From positions 53,754,001-53,818,000 of the forward strand of contig OZ024741.1 of the NCBI GenBank assembly GCA_964016885.1: a DNA stretch of 64,000 bases, given 5' to 3'. A model generated the notes under the pieces. That model searched no databases, had not been told where the DNA came from, and saw only the letters and a list, made by a program, of their open reading frames with translations. The stretch is from Eledone cirrhosa. Lineage: Eukaryota. Positions within the stretch are counted from its first letter, which is position 1; each line of letters opens with the position of its first letter. This document shows, piece after piece, positions 39,399 to 53,068 of the stretch. Made by a program: the position numbers and the translations under genes.

Positions 39399-39565
39399 TT
39401 TCTTTAAATACCAATACAGAGGCAGAATGACGGTTTCATTCTACTGACATGGCTTAAATAGAGGCTGTTTGCATAATTGCAAACGAATCAAATATTGTTA
39501 ATAATATTTGAAAAACTGATTACATTTATATATATATATACACACACACATATGCATATATATAT

Positions 39566-39637
<72 letters not shown>

Positions 39638-39668
39638 TATGCATATATATATATACACACACATATGC

Positions 39669-39701
<33 letters not shown>

Positions 39702-40254
39702 TATGTATATATATATATATATATATATCGGTTGAGCCTCTCTATTATAATTGTTATAATTGGTTGATGAGGTATTTCTAGCTTTGCCACCAACCACTTT
39801 ACTCTCATATGTAGCCAAAAATGTGCATGTAGTATCCTTTCATTCCAGTATGGTGACATTGCCGGTGACTGCAACGATTACGCGCCAGTTACTGGTCCCC
39901 TAATGGATAAATTATATTTTCTAATACTAGTAAAGTACATCATTTATTGAGTAGAATCTGTCTTCAACTCCATTAATTATGCATTGTCTATGTATTTTAA
40001 CAATGGTAGTTGCTGGATATTTTCCTCTGTATTTCGAAACAGCTGTATAGGTCTAGTTTATGTATAACAAGTAATATAAGTAATATCTTTTATATTCTAA
40101 TTTCTTTTCTACTTTGTCATATATTATGATATATAATTAATATTGTTTTCTGTAATATCTTTGTATTAGAGTGCTCTCGGATGGGTCTGTTCGAATCTTA
40201 CTTCCATTGAGCTCTTCACAGAACAATGAAATATCGATGTTTTATTTCGATGTT

Positions 40255-40286
<32 letters not shown>

Positions 40287-40295
40287 TCAAACACA

Positions 40296-40429
<134 letters not shown>

Positions 40430-40442
40430 CGTACATACGTGC

Positions 40443-40517
<75 letters not shown>

Positions 40518-40624
40518 GTAATAATAATAAATTTGAAGACTAAACTCAAAAGAGGGCTCGATAAGGATAAATATATATCAAATATATAAGAACCGTAGAG
40601 CAAATATGTATTCATTTATATATT

Positions 40625-40736
<112 letters not shown>

Positions 40737-40863
40737 TATATCATACTATACTGTTTATGTTCATACATGGAACAAAAGCGTTAACCAAGGTTTCAAGGTC
40801 CAATGTTGACCACACCCCAGAAAACCTTGTGAAGCGATTTTGTTCTGTGTATATATATATAAT

Positions 40864-41045
40864 CGTTTCTACATTTGGCACAAGGCCAGAAATTACCCCC
40901 GTGCATTATTGGTGCTTTATTTTCTCGACCTTGTAGGGATGAAAGGCAAAGTTAACCTCGGCAGGATTTGAACTTAAACCATAAAAAGCCGTAACTGTGT
41001 GCTGCAAAACATTGAGTCCGACCATCGACCGATACTGCCAATCCA
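40864..41045 (-). mobile_element. MetaSINE-like SINE
   Basis: Colinear with 29221-29409. Confidence 0.8.
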
Positions 41046-41128
41046 GTCATAACGATAACATAATATCTCTGCTCTCTTCCCTTTTGAGCACTGTTTCACT
41101 TTTTCCTTTTTCACACCTACGGATATTG

Positions 41129-41205
<77 letters not shown>

Positions 41206-41679
41206 TGTTTTTCCATGCGAGTGTGTAACGGTTGGTGAACGTATATTTGTCTTTGCATATGTGAGCGTGTCTGTTTTTGCGGTGTATATATATTCGTTTT
41301 TCTATGTGTATGCGAACGCATGTGTAAATATGAACCCATAGTGGAGTTTTTGAGACGTTCACTTCTCTATCGTGAAGTCCCGAGTTCTGCGTGACATCTT
41401 GGTCAACCGACTTTTATAATATTCTTTTGTTGATCCAGAGTAAATGAATTTTAGATCAGACGAAACCGAAAGTAAGCCAGTTGCTGAACCGCATCTGTAA
41501 TTAAAATGTCTGAACCTGTCCCATATTCTGCGAGAGGATTACACTAACAATACGAAGTCTCTATGGATTACTCAGCCACGTAAACGAGAATTTAATGAGT
41601 AGATAGTTGGTTTAAAGGAAGAGCTGGATTATTTAGGCTTTGAAAACGACGGAGAGTTCGTTTAGTTTTACTTTCTTTA

Positions 41680-42070
41680 TGTATGCATGTATATATGTTC
41701 TGATTTTATAATTTCACAAATGTTTGCCAATAGAGAGAGTCGGTTTCTAGCATAGATAAAAGAGTCTCTCATTGGAATGTACACAACATCAACTAGGTAG
41801 ATATATATGCATGTCTGCATACATGCATATGTGTGCAGGTATGGATGTTATTGTATGTGTGGATGTGTATGATTTGAGTTATTTGTGTGCATATGCTTTG
41901 TATCTGTACATGTGTATATTCAGTTATTAGATGCAACATTTTTGGAATATTTTATATATTTTTACTGTTCCATTAATGGATTGCACTTGTAATTTCCTAA
42001 CTAGTCCTGTCCTTTCTGTTTCTGTGAAGCCCAGCTTCTCAAGATTTGTATTGAGGCAGTTACTAACATA
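41680..42070 (-). mobile_element. R4/Dong-like LINE 3' end flanked by (TATG)n
   Basis: Reverse complement of 59660-60050. Confidence 0.85.
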
Positions 42071-42139
42071 TGTACGTATGTATGTATGTATGTATGTATT
42101 TATGTATGTATGTATGTATGTATGTATGTGTTTGTTGTC

Positions 42140-42480
42140 ATGTCACTCTCGGGTGCTACTGATAACATGTAACCCAGTACAACCTGGCTGATGGTCGGGT
42201 CGTCGGCGACAAAATAGGCAACCCCTACCAAGTTTGCTTGGTGAGGAGTGTGATATTTGGAAACCCTGCAGTATGAAATACAAGACCTGGCAAAGGGCGG
42301 AGGAACTCAGCAGAGTCAACGGCCATCCAAATAGTACTTTTGTTTTCACCCAGTTGTTGTCACAACGGATGATGTTGACCAGTTCTCCTTTTCCCGTAGT
42401 GTTTCGATGCTCAGAGAGTGGGATTGGTCGAGTGCAAGGCCTTTCCCCACTTAAAATACATTCAAAGGGCAGGCATTACT
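42140..42480 (+). mobile_element. SINE-like or LINE-5'UTR-like repeat with GGCAACCC.ACCAAG..GCTTGGTGAGG hairpin
   Basis: Homologous to 12123-12520 and ~22700-23000. Confidence 0.55.
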
Positions 42481-43023
42481 TGTTCAGGATATGTTACCGG
42501 TTTCTGTGACTGGCAGTAGCCTAAAAGTGCACCAAATTCTATAATTCTCCAAGCAATTGCTGTACTCTTAGCAGAGTATTCTGTCATCATGTATGTATGT
42601 ACGTATGAATGTGTGCGTGTGTGTACGGGTGTGCGTGTTCGCATCCAAATGGCCCCCCACACACACAAAAAGGTGTGTGGGTCTTTTGCAAGGGCACTAT
42701 CCTTTAACACTTCCCTCTCTCTGTTTCATATGTGTGTGCGTGTGTGTAGTGTTTTTGTATGTATGTATGTGAGACATTTGCGTATTTACGCGTGGCCAGT
42801 TGTCTGTTAATATGTGTATGTGTCTGAATATATGTGTATATACATGTTTCTGTCAGCATCTGAGCGTAAGTGTATGTGCGTGTTGTCTCTTTGTTCGTGT
42901 ATGTGTGCTTATGTGTGTTTGCGGTTATTTGCGTGCGGCAGGCGAAATATAACTCACACTCCCCAATATATCTCCTCTAATTTCTATGCCACTCAACCTT
43001 GTTCTTTCTCTCTATATTTCTTT

Positions 43024-43080
<57 letters not shown>

Positions 43081-43204
43081 TCTCTCGTAATCAATCACAT
43101 TATATCTCTCTCTAATATTCTTTGCTTTGATCTCACTCTCACGTGAGATTGCCTATGGGTCTGTCTGTCTGTCTATCTCTCCTCTTTGCCTCTATTTATC
43201 TCTC

Positions 43205-43257
<53 letters not shown>

Positions 43258-44379
43258 GTCACTCTCTCTCTAAATATATATATTGATAGTTAGATAGATC
43301 TGTCCAACAATCTATTTATCTATCTATGCATATCTCCTGTCACATACTTTCTCATTCAATCGGATTTATTCGCGTTTGATTAGTCAATGATCCGGAATAC
43401 TAATTAACTTTTGCATAAAACTCGACTACAATACAAACAGCAACAATAACAGCAACAACAACAGTAGTCCCCAAAACATTAATAACAACTATATTAATAG
43501 CAACATTATAGCATTTTAATACCAACAACAACATCAACAACAACATCAACATCAATAAGGATAATAATTTCCATCCCACAAATTGAATCGTAATAGGATA
43601 CAGTAAATTAACTTGACCTAGTTATTATTCTCGTTTTGATTTGTTTTTATCGACCACTTTGAAATGAAAAGGTCTTAGTCAGCAGCCAATGCGATTCGGA
43701 TAAAGGGACGTAACTTAATGATGTAACTTCTGGTATTTTGACGACTATGATGTTTAATGTGAAAAAAGAATTCTATATATACTATCGGAGCCTTGAGTGG
43801 TTTGGAAGTTCTGAACAAATGCTGGAATCCCAAACGGAGGAAATAACTGTAACCACAGTCCAGTGCTATAAATAATAGCTTAGCAATTTGGAATATTACC
43901 TATAGTAATCGACTGTGGTTACAGTTATCCTATGCATTTGGGATTCCTATGATTTCTAAGAATGTCAATGTTTAATATTTCTAACATGACATTATAAATT
44001 GGCGCGGAGCCGATGGCACAGACAATGATATCGATCGTCGGTGTAGCACAATTATTTGTTTTATCAAATTCATGACCTATCAGCAATGTATGTATGTATG
44101 TATGTATGTATGTATGTATGTATGTATGTATGTATGTATGTGTGTATGTATGTATGTATGTATGTATGTATTAATGCATGTATGTATGTATTAATGCATG
44201 TATGTATGTATGTATGTATTTATGTATGTTTGTTTTTCAAGATACCAATACGAGAATTGCTTTTCAGTTTCGAACAAAAGCAGGCTTTAAAACCCGCAAC
44301 GGTTTAAAGCAAAAACAAAGATACTTGTCTAAATAGTCCGTAATCTTCTGTTTGTGGAGGATTGTTCTCTTGTGGCCTA

Positions 44380-45105
44380 AAACCTGATAGACATGAAAAC
44401 TATTTAAATTGCTTTTTCAGATGCATGTAAAGGATTTGGACTTTGAACCCGTTTATTAGCATATGCCCGAGCAATAGCCACGTGCTCTACGAAAAGCATC
44501 ACATTTTCACCAATTTCGGCTCATGACTAGTGATGCAAAAATCGACTGGGAAGTAAAGAACCGAATTGCAAAGGGCAGTTCTCCGTTTGCTAAATTGTAT
44601 CACATGCTATGAAATTGTAATAAAGTGTCTTTGAGGCTGAAGGTTGAAGTTTATAAAGCTATTGTTACCACCACACTTCCCTATGGTGCTGAGGCATGAA
44701 TGACGTATTGCTTACGCAACAAATGTGGAATCAAATGCTCTTCCAAGATTAGAAATTGTGAGATTCTTTAGCGTTGCAATATCACTGGTATGGAGGAAAT
44801 CTTAATCAAAACAAACATGCGATTGGATGGATAATGTTTGCCAAAGAAACTGTTGCTTGGTCAGCTGCTGACAAGTGCGAAACGCCGAGGTCGTCGCCGG
44901 CTCCTCCGTTTCAAGGACAAGCTGAGGGACAACATGAAGCTTTGTTCTATGCATATTGAATTATGGGAGCGACATGGTGTGGATCGACGAGAATGGAGAT
45001 CGACTTCCTTCAGCCTGCTTGCTAATTTTGAGGCTAGTAAACGGGACCATCATGATCTGTTGCGTGGGGACGCAAAATCTCGTCTTCAGAGGAGTGGGAT
45101 TTGAG
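44380..45105 (+). mobile_element. Degenerate RTE-like LINE 3' fragment (RT thumb / C-terminus)
   Basis: DAKIDWEVKNRIAKGSSPFAKL...LKVEVYKAIV.TTLPYGAE..., PKKLLLGQL...RGRRRLLRFKDKL...W...DRREWR. Confidence 0.8.
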
Positions 45106-45155
45106 GGTGTACATAAAGTATAAGGTTTTCTGGACACTCATCGACGGGAGAGCCC

Positions 45156-45300
<145 letters not shown>

Positions 45301-45439
45301 CGTCTGTGGTTGACGGCTGAGAAAAAAGAGTACTCGATACCAAAGAAGAGTGTATAACTATAGGGTAAATAGCCCCTTAAATCAAAAATGGGCATGGGAT
45401 ATGCACCAAGAAATTTCCTCTCAGAGGCACAAGTCCGGA

Positions 45440-45645
45440 CAAAGAGTTTTTGCGGAAGGTCAGCAGTTCCACTCAGCATGGCAGCGATGCGGGCCAATGG
45501 AAAGGTAAAGGCCGATGCAACTTGGCACCTGTGAAGTCGCAGCTCATTTCTACAGCTGAGTCAACGTGAAATAAATTATCCAGGAATCAAACTCACAACG
45601 ACACGATTGTGAGTCCCACACTCTAACCACTAAACCACTCGCCTT

Positions 45646-45650
<5 letters not shown>
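45440..45650 (-). mobile_element. tRNA-derived SINE (third family)
   Basis: Minus strand: GTGAAGGCGAGTGGTTTAGTGGTTAGAGTG (A box)...GAGTTTGATTCC (B box)...GACTCAGCTGTAGAAATGAG. Confidence 0.65.
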
Positions 45651-45708
<58 letters not shown>

Positions 45709-45748
45709 ACATATATATATATGAAGCCACGAGCCTTCACACACAAAT

Positions 45749-45781
<33 letters not shown>

Positions 45782-45829
45782 CATATATATGTGTGTGTAT
45801 ATATATATATATGAGAAGCCACGCATATG

Positions 45830-45915
<86 letters not shown>

Positions 45916-46084
45916 TGTTTGTGTGTGTGTGTGTGTGTGTGTAGTGGACGGACTAGAGAAATGTAGAGTTTAAGTATTCATTTATAATGGCTAAATAATT
46001 AGTCTTGTTAGACAGGAGTGTCGGTTTTTGCCCACATGGAAAACTAACATATAGCAAAGGGATTAAACTTACAAATAGCCAGAC

Positions 46085-46602
46085 TATTTATAAGTAGTAG
46101 AAGAAGAATACAAATATTTGGGAGTGCGTGAGTTGGATAAAGAACTCCATTGAAAGTGTGATGTCGCAAGACTTTATGTTGGGAGAAAGACTGTAAGTAG
46201 AGTACTAATAAATTGTGAAAATTGTGTCGAAAGTGAAAACAATAACCCAGCTTGGTACCTTAAAAATGTGAGGGGCAACATCATGTCAAAAGTAAGAGAC
46301 ATCGACACACTAAACTCTGCTGATGCAGTAGTATATAATGAATGCAAGAAGATAGTAAAAAAAGAACTTGAAAAGGAATGGAAGGATAAGCTTATGTATA
46401 GAGAATATCCTAGATATAAAGTAGACACTGAGTATGAAAAGATCTGGTTGTGACTTAAAAATGGTGATCTGAAAGGATGCACCGAACTTTGGTGTGCAAC
46501 GCCCAAGAGCAGGCTGTTTGAACTAACTACATTAAACATCATGTTGACAAATGGACAAAATCAATATTATGTAGAATGTGGGGCATAAAAGGAGAAACGA
46601 TC

Positions 46603-46605
<3 letters not shown>
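46085..46605 (+). mobile_element. Degenerate R4/Dong-like LINE fragment (RT end to zinc knuckle)
   Basis: EYKYLGV ... AQEQAV*TNYIKHHVDK...CRMCGHKGETIS; internally deleted. Confidence 0.7.
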
Positions 46606-46643
<38 letters not shown>

Positions 46644-48129
46644 GTCAATATGATATCAGCTTTTGTGTTTGGCTTGTAGGTATGTATGTTTCTTTTCTCC
46701 TCCAAGTTCTTGGAGGAGAAACAAGACAGTCACAGGCACGCATGCTCAGACACATGCACACATACCAAACACAAACGTCCGTGGTAGTAGCAGCACACAG
46801 GATGCAGACATATACACAAGCAGACACACACATATATGTGCAGACCACATACACACCACAAATGGACAGGATGGGGGTAAACAGAACAAGATAAGAACAA
46901 ATAGGAGACACAGAGAAGCAAGAATAGTCATTTAGAAAGTCACATGAAGTGTAACGATAGAACGATGACACCAATTAAACAATAATCCGCTTATTAAACT
47001 AACCAATGAATGGATTTGTTACGCAACTGATAATAAACCGACGTGAAACACAACTGGTGCGCATGTTTTTATTATCAGTATGACCCTCCCAAATTGTCTC
47101 AATATCTGTTTCAACACAGGATTTCACACCAAATATCTTGCAATATACGTAAAATAACGAAATATAATATGGTAATAGACATCAATACCCAAGCTGTCCT
47201 AAGTAATAAATTATATTCATAATATTCTCAGCTGGACGCTAACTGAATTAAATATGGAAAACGAGAAACGTTATGACTTAGAATACTACATTCAAAGTCC
47301 AAAATAGAAAGATTTTATCTACCACTAATAAAGAGAGATTGATGCCTTCTACAATTAAAAAATTATTATGAAATATTCATTGCAGTATTACAAAATGAGA
47401 AAAATATCTGCTAAAGAAAAATGTGTAAATTTACAAATAGCCACAACACGTATAAAACAAAATAAAAAGCAAAGATGTTTTCTTTCGTCAAAGAAGCCAT
47501 TAAATATAAAATAAACGCTAAAATAACTGGCAAGTATATGGAGGGGGGAAAAGAAACAAGCGTTAAAAAGCTATAAACTAAGTTTATAATGGGGCCATAG
47601 AATATATATCATACCTAAACGATGGCATGAAACGAATCCACATAAGGAATCTCTCAAGTGACTGTACAGGAGGGAAAAGGATAAACAAAACATTCGGCTG
47701 ACACCGAAAAAAGTTAGTATTGCAACAAAGGATCAAATCTTCCTAGCCAGAAGCCACCAGAAAAGAAGCATTTAATGAAGCAGAATACATTGTTTAAATA
47801 TAGAATATGGCGGGGCTGGTGAGAAACAGTTAATTACATGATTAATAGGATGTTCGGAAAATCGGTAAATTGAGGCTTGAAATATCAGGATGTACTGGAG
47901 TAAAAGGTTGACAAAATAAAACAAAATAAATGTTTACCCAATATACAATTTAATGATATTTCAAGTTAAGGAACTTTTTGTCAAATGATGATCGCTAATG
48001 CTGAACAACGTGACTTCTATTCACTAAGTTTATCTGTAAATACATTTTTTGTCAGCCTAGGTATTGAAAAATTGAATCTTTCATACATTGAAAAATAAAA
48101 TTATGCCGACATTATGAAATACCGAAAGA

Positions 48130-48280
48130 AAACGTTGCCCAAGTTGGTGGCAATGGAGGCACGTCGGAATAATCAGTTTACCTCTTAGGGCACATTCCTG
48201 CAAATAGTCTATTCTACCGATAGTAGGGAGTATGGAGAGTGTCCTGGTACCAAGATCGCTTGAAGTCTCCACTGCTACAG
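48130..48280 (-). mobile_element. Highly degenerate CRE-like RLE remnant
   Basis: AVETSSDLGTRTLSILPTIG resembles AETSGVLGPRATSLLTTIG. Confidence 0.45.
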
Positions 48281-48854
48281 ATTAGTGTCCTGTTATAGAA
48301 TCTTCAACTATCCCATTTGTTCGATATACTTATTTACTATTTCATTTATCTTTAATATTAGGTTACCATTTACGGAACGACTGTGCCCAACAGATTGTGT
48401 ATGGCTTTAAATGGCTAAAATGACTCTCTTCTATATTGCTTTGGACGCGAAATCATGAATCAAAGGTAGATAGTATTCTGATAAATGTCTAGGGCGGCTT
48501 CTTATGGGTTGAGGTACATGTATGTATGTATGTATATGAATTTATGTATGTATGTATGTATGAATGTATGTATGTATATATGTATATATGTATGCACACA
48601 TATTTGTATGTATACATGTATGTATCACAAAATAATAGAATTCTATTGAATGGCGCTACATAGAATGTGAGAAGATTTCTTGACAGGGAATCATCCACAA
48701 ATCCATATGATCATGCAATGTTCAATGAAGGGATGACCCGCTTTTGATATGAGGTAGTAATCAATATGAATGTATGTATGTATGTCTATGTGCATATGTG
48801 CGTATGTGCGCATGTATGTATGCATCTATGTATGTATGTATGTATGTATGTATG

Positions 48855-49105
48855 TGATAGTGTCGAGTCCTTTATTTTGAAACATCAGCTGCGCTGGACA
48901 GGCCATCTTGTATGGCTGAATGACAAGCGAATGCCGAATCAGCTGCTTTATGGCGAGCTCCAAATGGGAAGAAGAAACGCGAGCAAACCCATGATGCGTT
49001 TTAAGGACTGTATCAAGGGGGCGCTCAAGAAAAGTAACATCCCTTGTGAGCACTGTGGAGCATGCGCTAGTGACCGATCACATTGGAGGAAAGCAGTGGC
49101 TAGTG
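48855..49105 (+). mobile_element. RTE-like LINE 3' fragment
   Basis: SVESFILKHQLRWTGHLV...RMPNQLLYGEL..GRR...P..RFKDCIK..LK...DRSHWR. Confidence 0.85.
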
Positions 49106-49216
49106 TACATATATACAAACAAACACACACACACATACACACACATATATATATGTATGCTGGAATTTGGTGTCGAAACGGCAAGAGCCCAGTCATCGGA
49201 CCCAGATTCTCTACTC

Positions 49217-49253
<37 letters not shown>

Positions 49254-49255
<2 letters not shown>

Positions 49256-49432
49256 GAAAAGATTCAGGGCCCTGACGGCTGACCACCGGCCGTTTCGACA
49301 GCTAGATCTAGCTGCCGAAACGGCCGGAGCTCAGCCGTCGGGGTCCTAAATCTTTTCATATTACCCACTCTACTACCCCAAGTATCGAGTACTTTGGTGC
49401 ATTATGGTCCACCTGGTATCTTACCACACCCT

Positions 49433-49438
<6 letters not shown>
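49254..49438. mobile_element. PLE family 2 mini-foldback in (TA)n (another fragment at ~49160-49220)
   Basis: Palindrome centred on AGCTAGATCTAGCT; long plus arm carries the tail. Confidence 0.8.
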
Positions 49439-49492
<54 letters not shown>

Positions 49493-49495
<3 letters not shown>

Positions 49496-49582
49496 GGTGT
49501 CCCCAAAAATGTATACACTATCCGATAGCATTCTAATAAATATTGCTTGCATAGGTAATCATGTGTAAACATTTTTTGGGGA

Positions 49583-49589
<7 letters not shown>
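49493..49589. mobile_element. ~97-bp Tc1/mariner-type MITE
   Basis: TA-CAGGGTGTCCCCAAAAA ... TTTTTGGGGATACCCT-ATA. Confidence 0.7.
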
Positions 49590-50079
<490 letters not shown>

Positions 50080-51447
50080 AACGAGTAGGACTCCGAAGGC
50101 CGAGCCCAAGCCGTTTCGACGGCCAATTCTGGACTAAATGAACATTTTTATCCTGGTACATGAAAAGCCGAGCTTTTCAGGGGGTAATTCCATATATGGT
50201 AAAAGTGATTGTCACAAGGATTGGTCAAAAGTTTGTTGTTGAGACACATAATTCTATCATGCATTTTGTGGGAGGAAGGGGTAGCTGAACTTGCCAGTAG
50301 AAGAAAGAGGGAGAGGGAGGGGAGGAAACAAAGTCGTGCGTTGGTAGGGAGGGGAGGAAACAAAGTCGTGCGTTGGTAGTGGCAACTACAGCAGGATCCT
50401 AAGGATAAGAGGTCAAGAGAAGTATACTAGGGAGGGGGAGGGGGAGGTAGTCGAAACAATAAGTAAATCAATATGGAGTAATTATATAGAAGAATAATAA
50501 GAATGTTAAAAATATAATTAAAAAAACAAAACAATTTCTGGTTACTATTCCCCTACCACAATCATCAAGTCTCTCACTGGTACTGCTAAACTATAGAAAA
50601 GTTTAATAGGTGGGACGGAATACTAAATACGAGATTGTAGTGAGAGAATTTTATGAGTTAGTAGTAATCGTCCAAATCTATCTTACAGTGACAGGTCAAC
50701 AAGTAGGAGGCCAAAATACTAAAGAAACTACTACGAAATAATAATTCAGAGTCCCGAACCTACTACGAAATAATAATTCAGAATCCCGAAAATGAATACT
50801 AATACGATACATAAGAGTACCGCTACGATACATAAATTCTAATACAAACTACATAAATGCTCATACGATATATATGAAAAATTTAATACGAAAAATTAAT
50901 TCAGAATCCCCCCCACCCCACACCTCCAAAAAAAAAAAAAAAAAAATAAATACTGACATACGAGAAACGAAAGCAGAGATACCACTAAGAAATCTAGAAA
51001 GCACGGAAATGGGGCAGCAATCGGATAAGAAAGCAAGTATCTGGGGTCTAGCACATCTGCTATAAAAAGCGGAGTCGGCCAATTCTATCATAGAATAGGG
51101 GGTGGGAGTGGGGGTACTAAGGCAACAGAGGACCGAAGGGCTGCCTCGGGGTGGGCGAGAAAGTGAAAAGGACGACGACAAAGACGGAGAATTGGGGTGG
51201 AAGGACTAGGAAGGGATGGGGCAAGAAGGAAATATAGAGGAAACGATAAAACATATATAAGAAATTCTTACGTCTACCTTTGCAAGCAGGGGTTACCCAT
51301 TACAAAGTCGGCAAGTGGGGTGTTACAGCTCTTGTGTACCCCCCCCCCCGGGTCATTATGGGGTTTGAGGGCGAGGTAAGTCATACGCAATCTGTGTTTG
51401 CATGCAGTTACCAGTTCGTCTTTCTTGTTTAGGAGTTGTTCCGCTCA

Positions 51448-51730
51448 AAACAGCATACTTTCCGAAACCCGGCCCGGCGTCACGCCACCACACTTTCGAG
51501 CCACATCTGGGACCTCAAAGATAACAATATAACCTATGATCTCACTTGGAGCTTACTGTCCAGAGCCAACTCTTACAGGGGAGGACGCCGTCCGTGTAAT
51601 TTATGCTCGGAGGAAACATTACAAATGCTGTTTTCGACGGAACAACTCCTAAACAAGAAAGACGAACTGGTAACTGCATGCAAACACAGATTGCGTAGGA
51701 CTTACCTCGCCCTAAAACCCCATAATACCC
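51448..51730 (+). pseudogene. PLE GIY-YIG endonuclease C-terminal half (same type as family 1)
   Basis: HTFRN...TTLSSHIWDLKD...LTWSLL...YRGG...CNLCSEE...LLNKKDELVTACKHR. Confidence 0.85.
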
Positions 51731-52840
51731 GGGGCGGGGGGGGGGGGGGGGGGTAGACAAGGTCTGTAACACCCCACTTGCCGACTTTGTAATGAGTAAC
51801 CCCTGCTTGCAAAGGTAGACGTAAGATTTTCTTATATATTTTTTATCGTTTCCTCTATATTTCCTTCTTCCCCCATCCCTTCCTAGTCCTTCCACCCCAG
51901 TTCTCCTTTTTTGTCGTCGTGATTTTCACTTTCTCGCCCACCCCGAGGCAGCCCTTCGGTCCTTTGTAGCCTCAGTACCCCCACCCCCATTCCCTATTCT
52001 ATGATAGAATTGGCCGACTCCGCTTTTTATAGCAGATGTGATAGAACCCAGATACTTGCTTTCTTATCCGATTGCGCCCCATTTCCGTACTTTCTAGATT
52101 TCTTAGTGGTATCTTTGCTTTAGTTTCTCGTATATCAGTATTTTTTTTGGGGGGGGGAGGGATTCTGAATAAATTTTTCGTATTAAATTTTTCATATATA
52201 TCGTACGACCATTTATGTAGTTTGTATTAGAATTTATGTATCGTAGCGGCACTCTTATGTATCGTATTAGTATTCATTTTCGGGATTCTGAACTATTATT
52301 TCGTAGTAGTTTTGGGATTCTCTGAATTATTATTTCGTAGTAGATTCTTTAGTATTTTGGCCCCCTACTTGTTGACCTGTCACTGTAAGATAGATTTGGA
52401 CGATTACTACTAACTCATAAAATTCTTTCACTACAATCTCGTATTTAGTATTCCGTCCCACCTATTAAACTTTTCTATAGTTTAGCAGTACCAGTGAGAG
52501 ACTTGATGATTGTGGTAGGGGAATAGTAACCAGAAATTGTTCTTTTTTAAATATTCTTATTATTCTTCTATATATTTACTCCATAATGATTTACTTATTG
52601 TTTCGACTTCCTCCCCCTCCCCCTCCCTAGTATACTTCTCTTGACCTCTTATCCTTAGGATCCTGCTGTAGTTGGCACTATCAACGCACGACTTTGTTTC
52701 CTCCACTCCCTCTCCTTCTTTCTTCTACTGGCAAGTTCAGCTACCCCTTCCTTCCACAAAATCCCATGATAGAATTATGTGTCTCAACAACAAACTTTTG
52801 ACCAATCCTTGTGACAATCACTTTTACCATATATGGAATT

Positions 52841-52936
52841 ACCCCCTGAGAAGCTCGGCTTTTCATGTACCAGGATAAAAATGTTCATTTAGTCCAGAAT
52901 TGGCCGTCGAAACGGCTTGGGCTCGGCCGTCGGAGT
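52841..52936 (+). ncRNA. Hammerhead-like motif of PLE family 2 with non-canonical core (mirror copy ~50090-50186 minus)
   Basis: ACCCC-CUGAGAA-GCUCGGC...GGCCGUC (stem II 56 nt in total)-GAAA-CGGCU.UGGGCUC.GGCCG-UC-GGAGU; other copies end GUCGGGGU. Confidence 0.55.
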
Positions 52937-53024
52937 TCTACTCGTTCCTATTACCCACTCTACTACCCTAAGTATTGAGTACTTTGGTGCGATATGGTCC
53001 ATCTGGTTCCTTACCACATTTCCT

Positions 53025-53068
<44 letters not shown>

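Larger units (their letters stand above)
38900..39527 (+). mobile_element. Tandem 439-bp HHR-containing unit (~1.4 copies), retrozyme-like or PLE pseudo-LTR tandem, in (TA)n
   Basis: 38900-39090 is repeated at 39340-39527; each copy starts with an HHR; no ORF. Confidence 0.8.

Noticed and set aside
39760-40060. Possible exon or TE coding remnant
   Set aside because: The frames examined have stops or no recognisable domain.
40780-40828. Minus-strand GGUC/GACC hairpin + GAAACCUUGGUU
   Set aside because: Core reads CUGGGGU; too degenerate to call a ribozyme.
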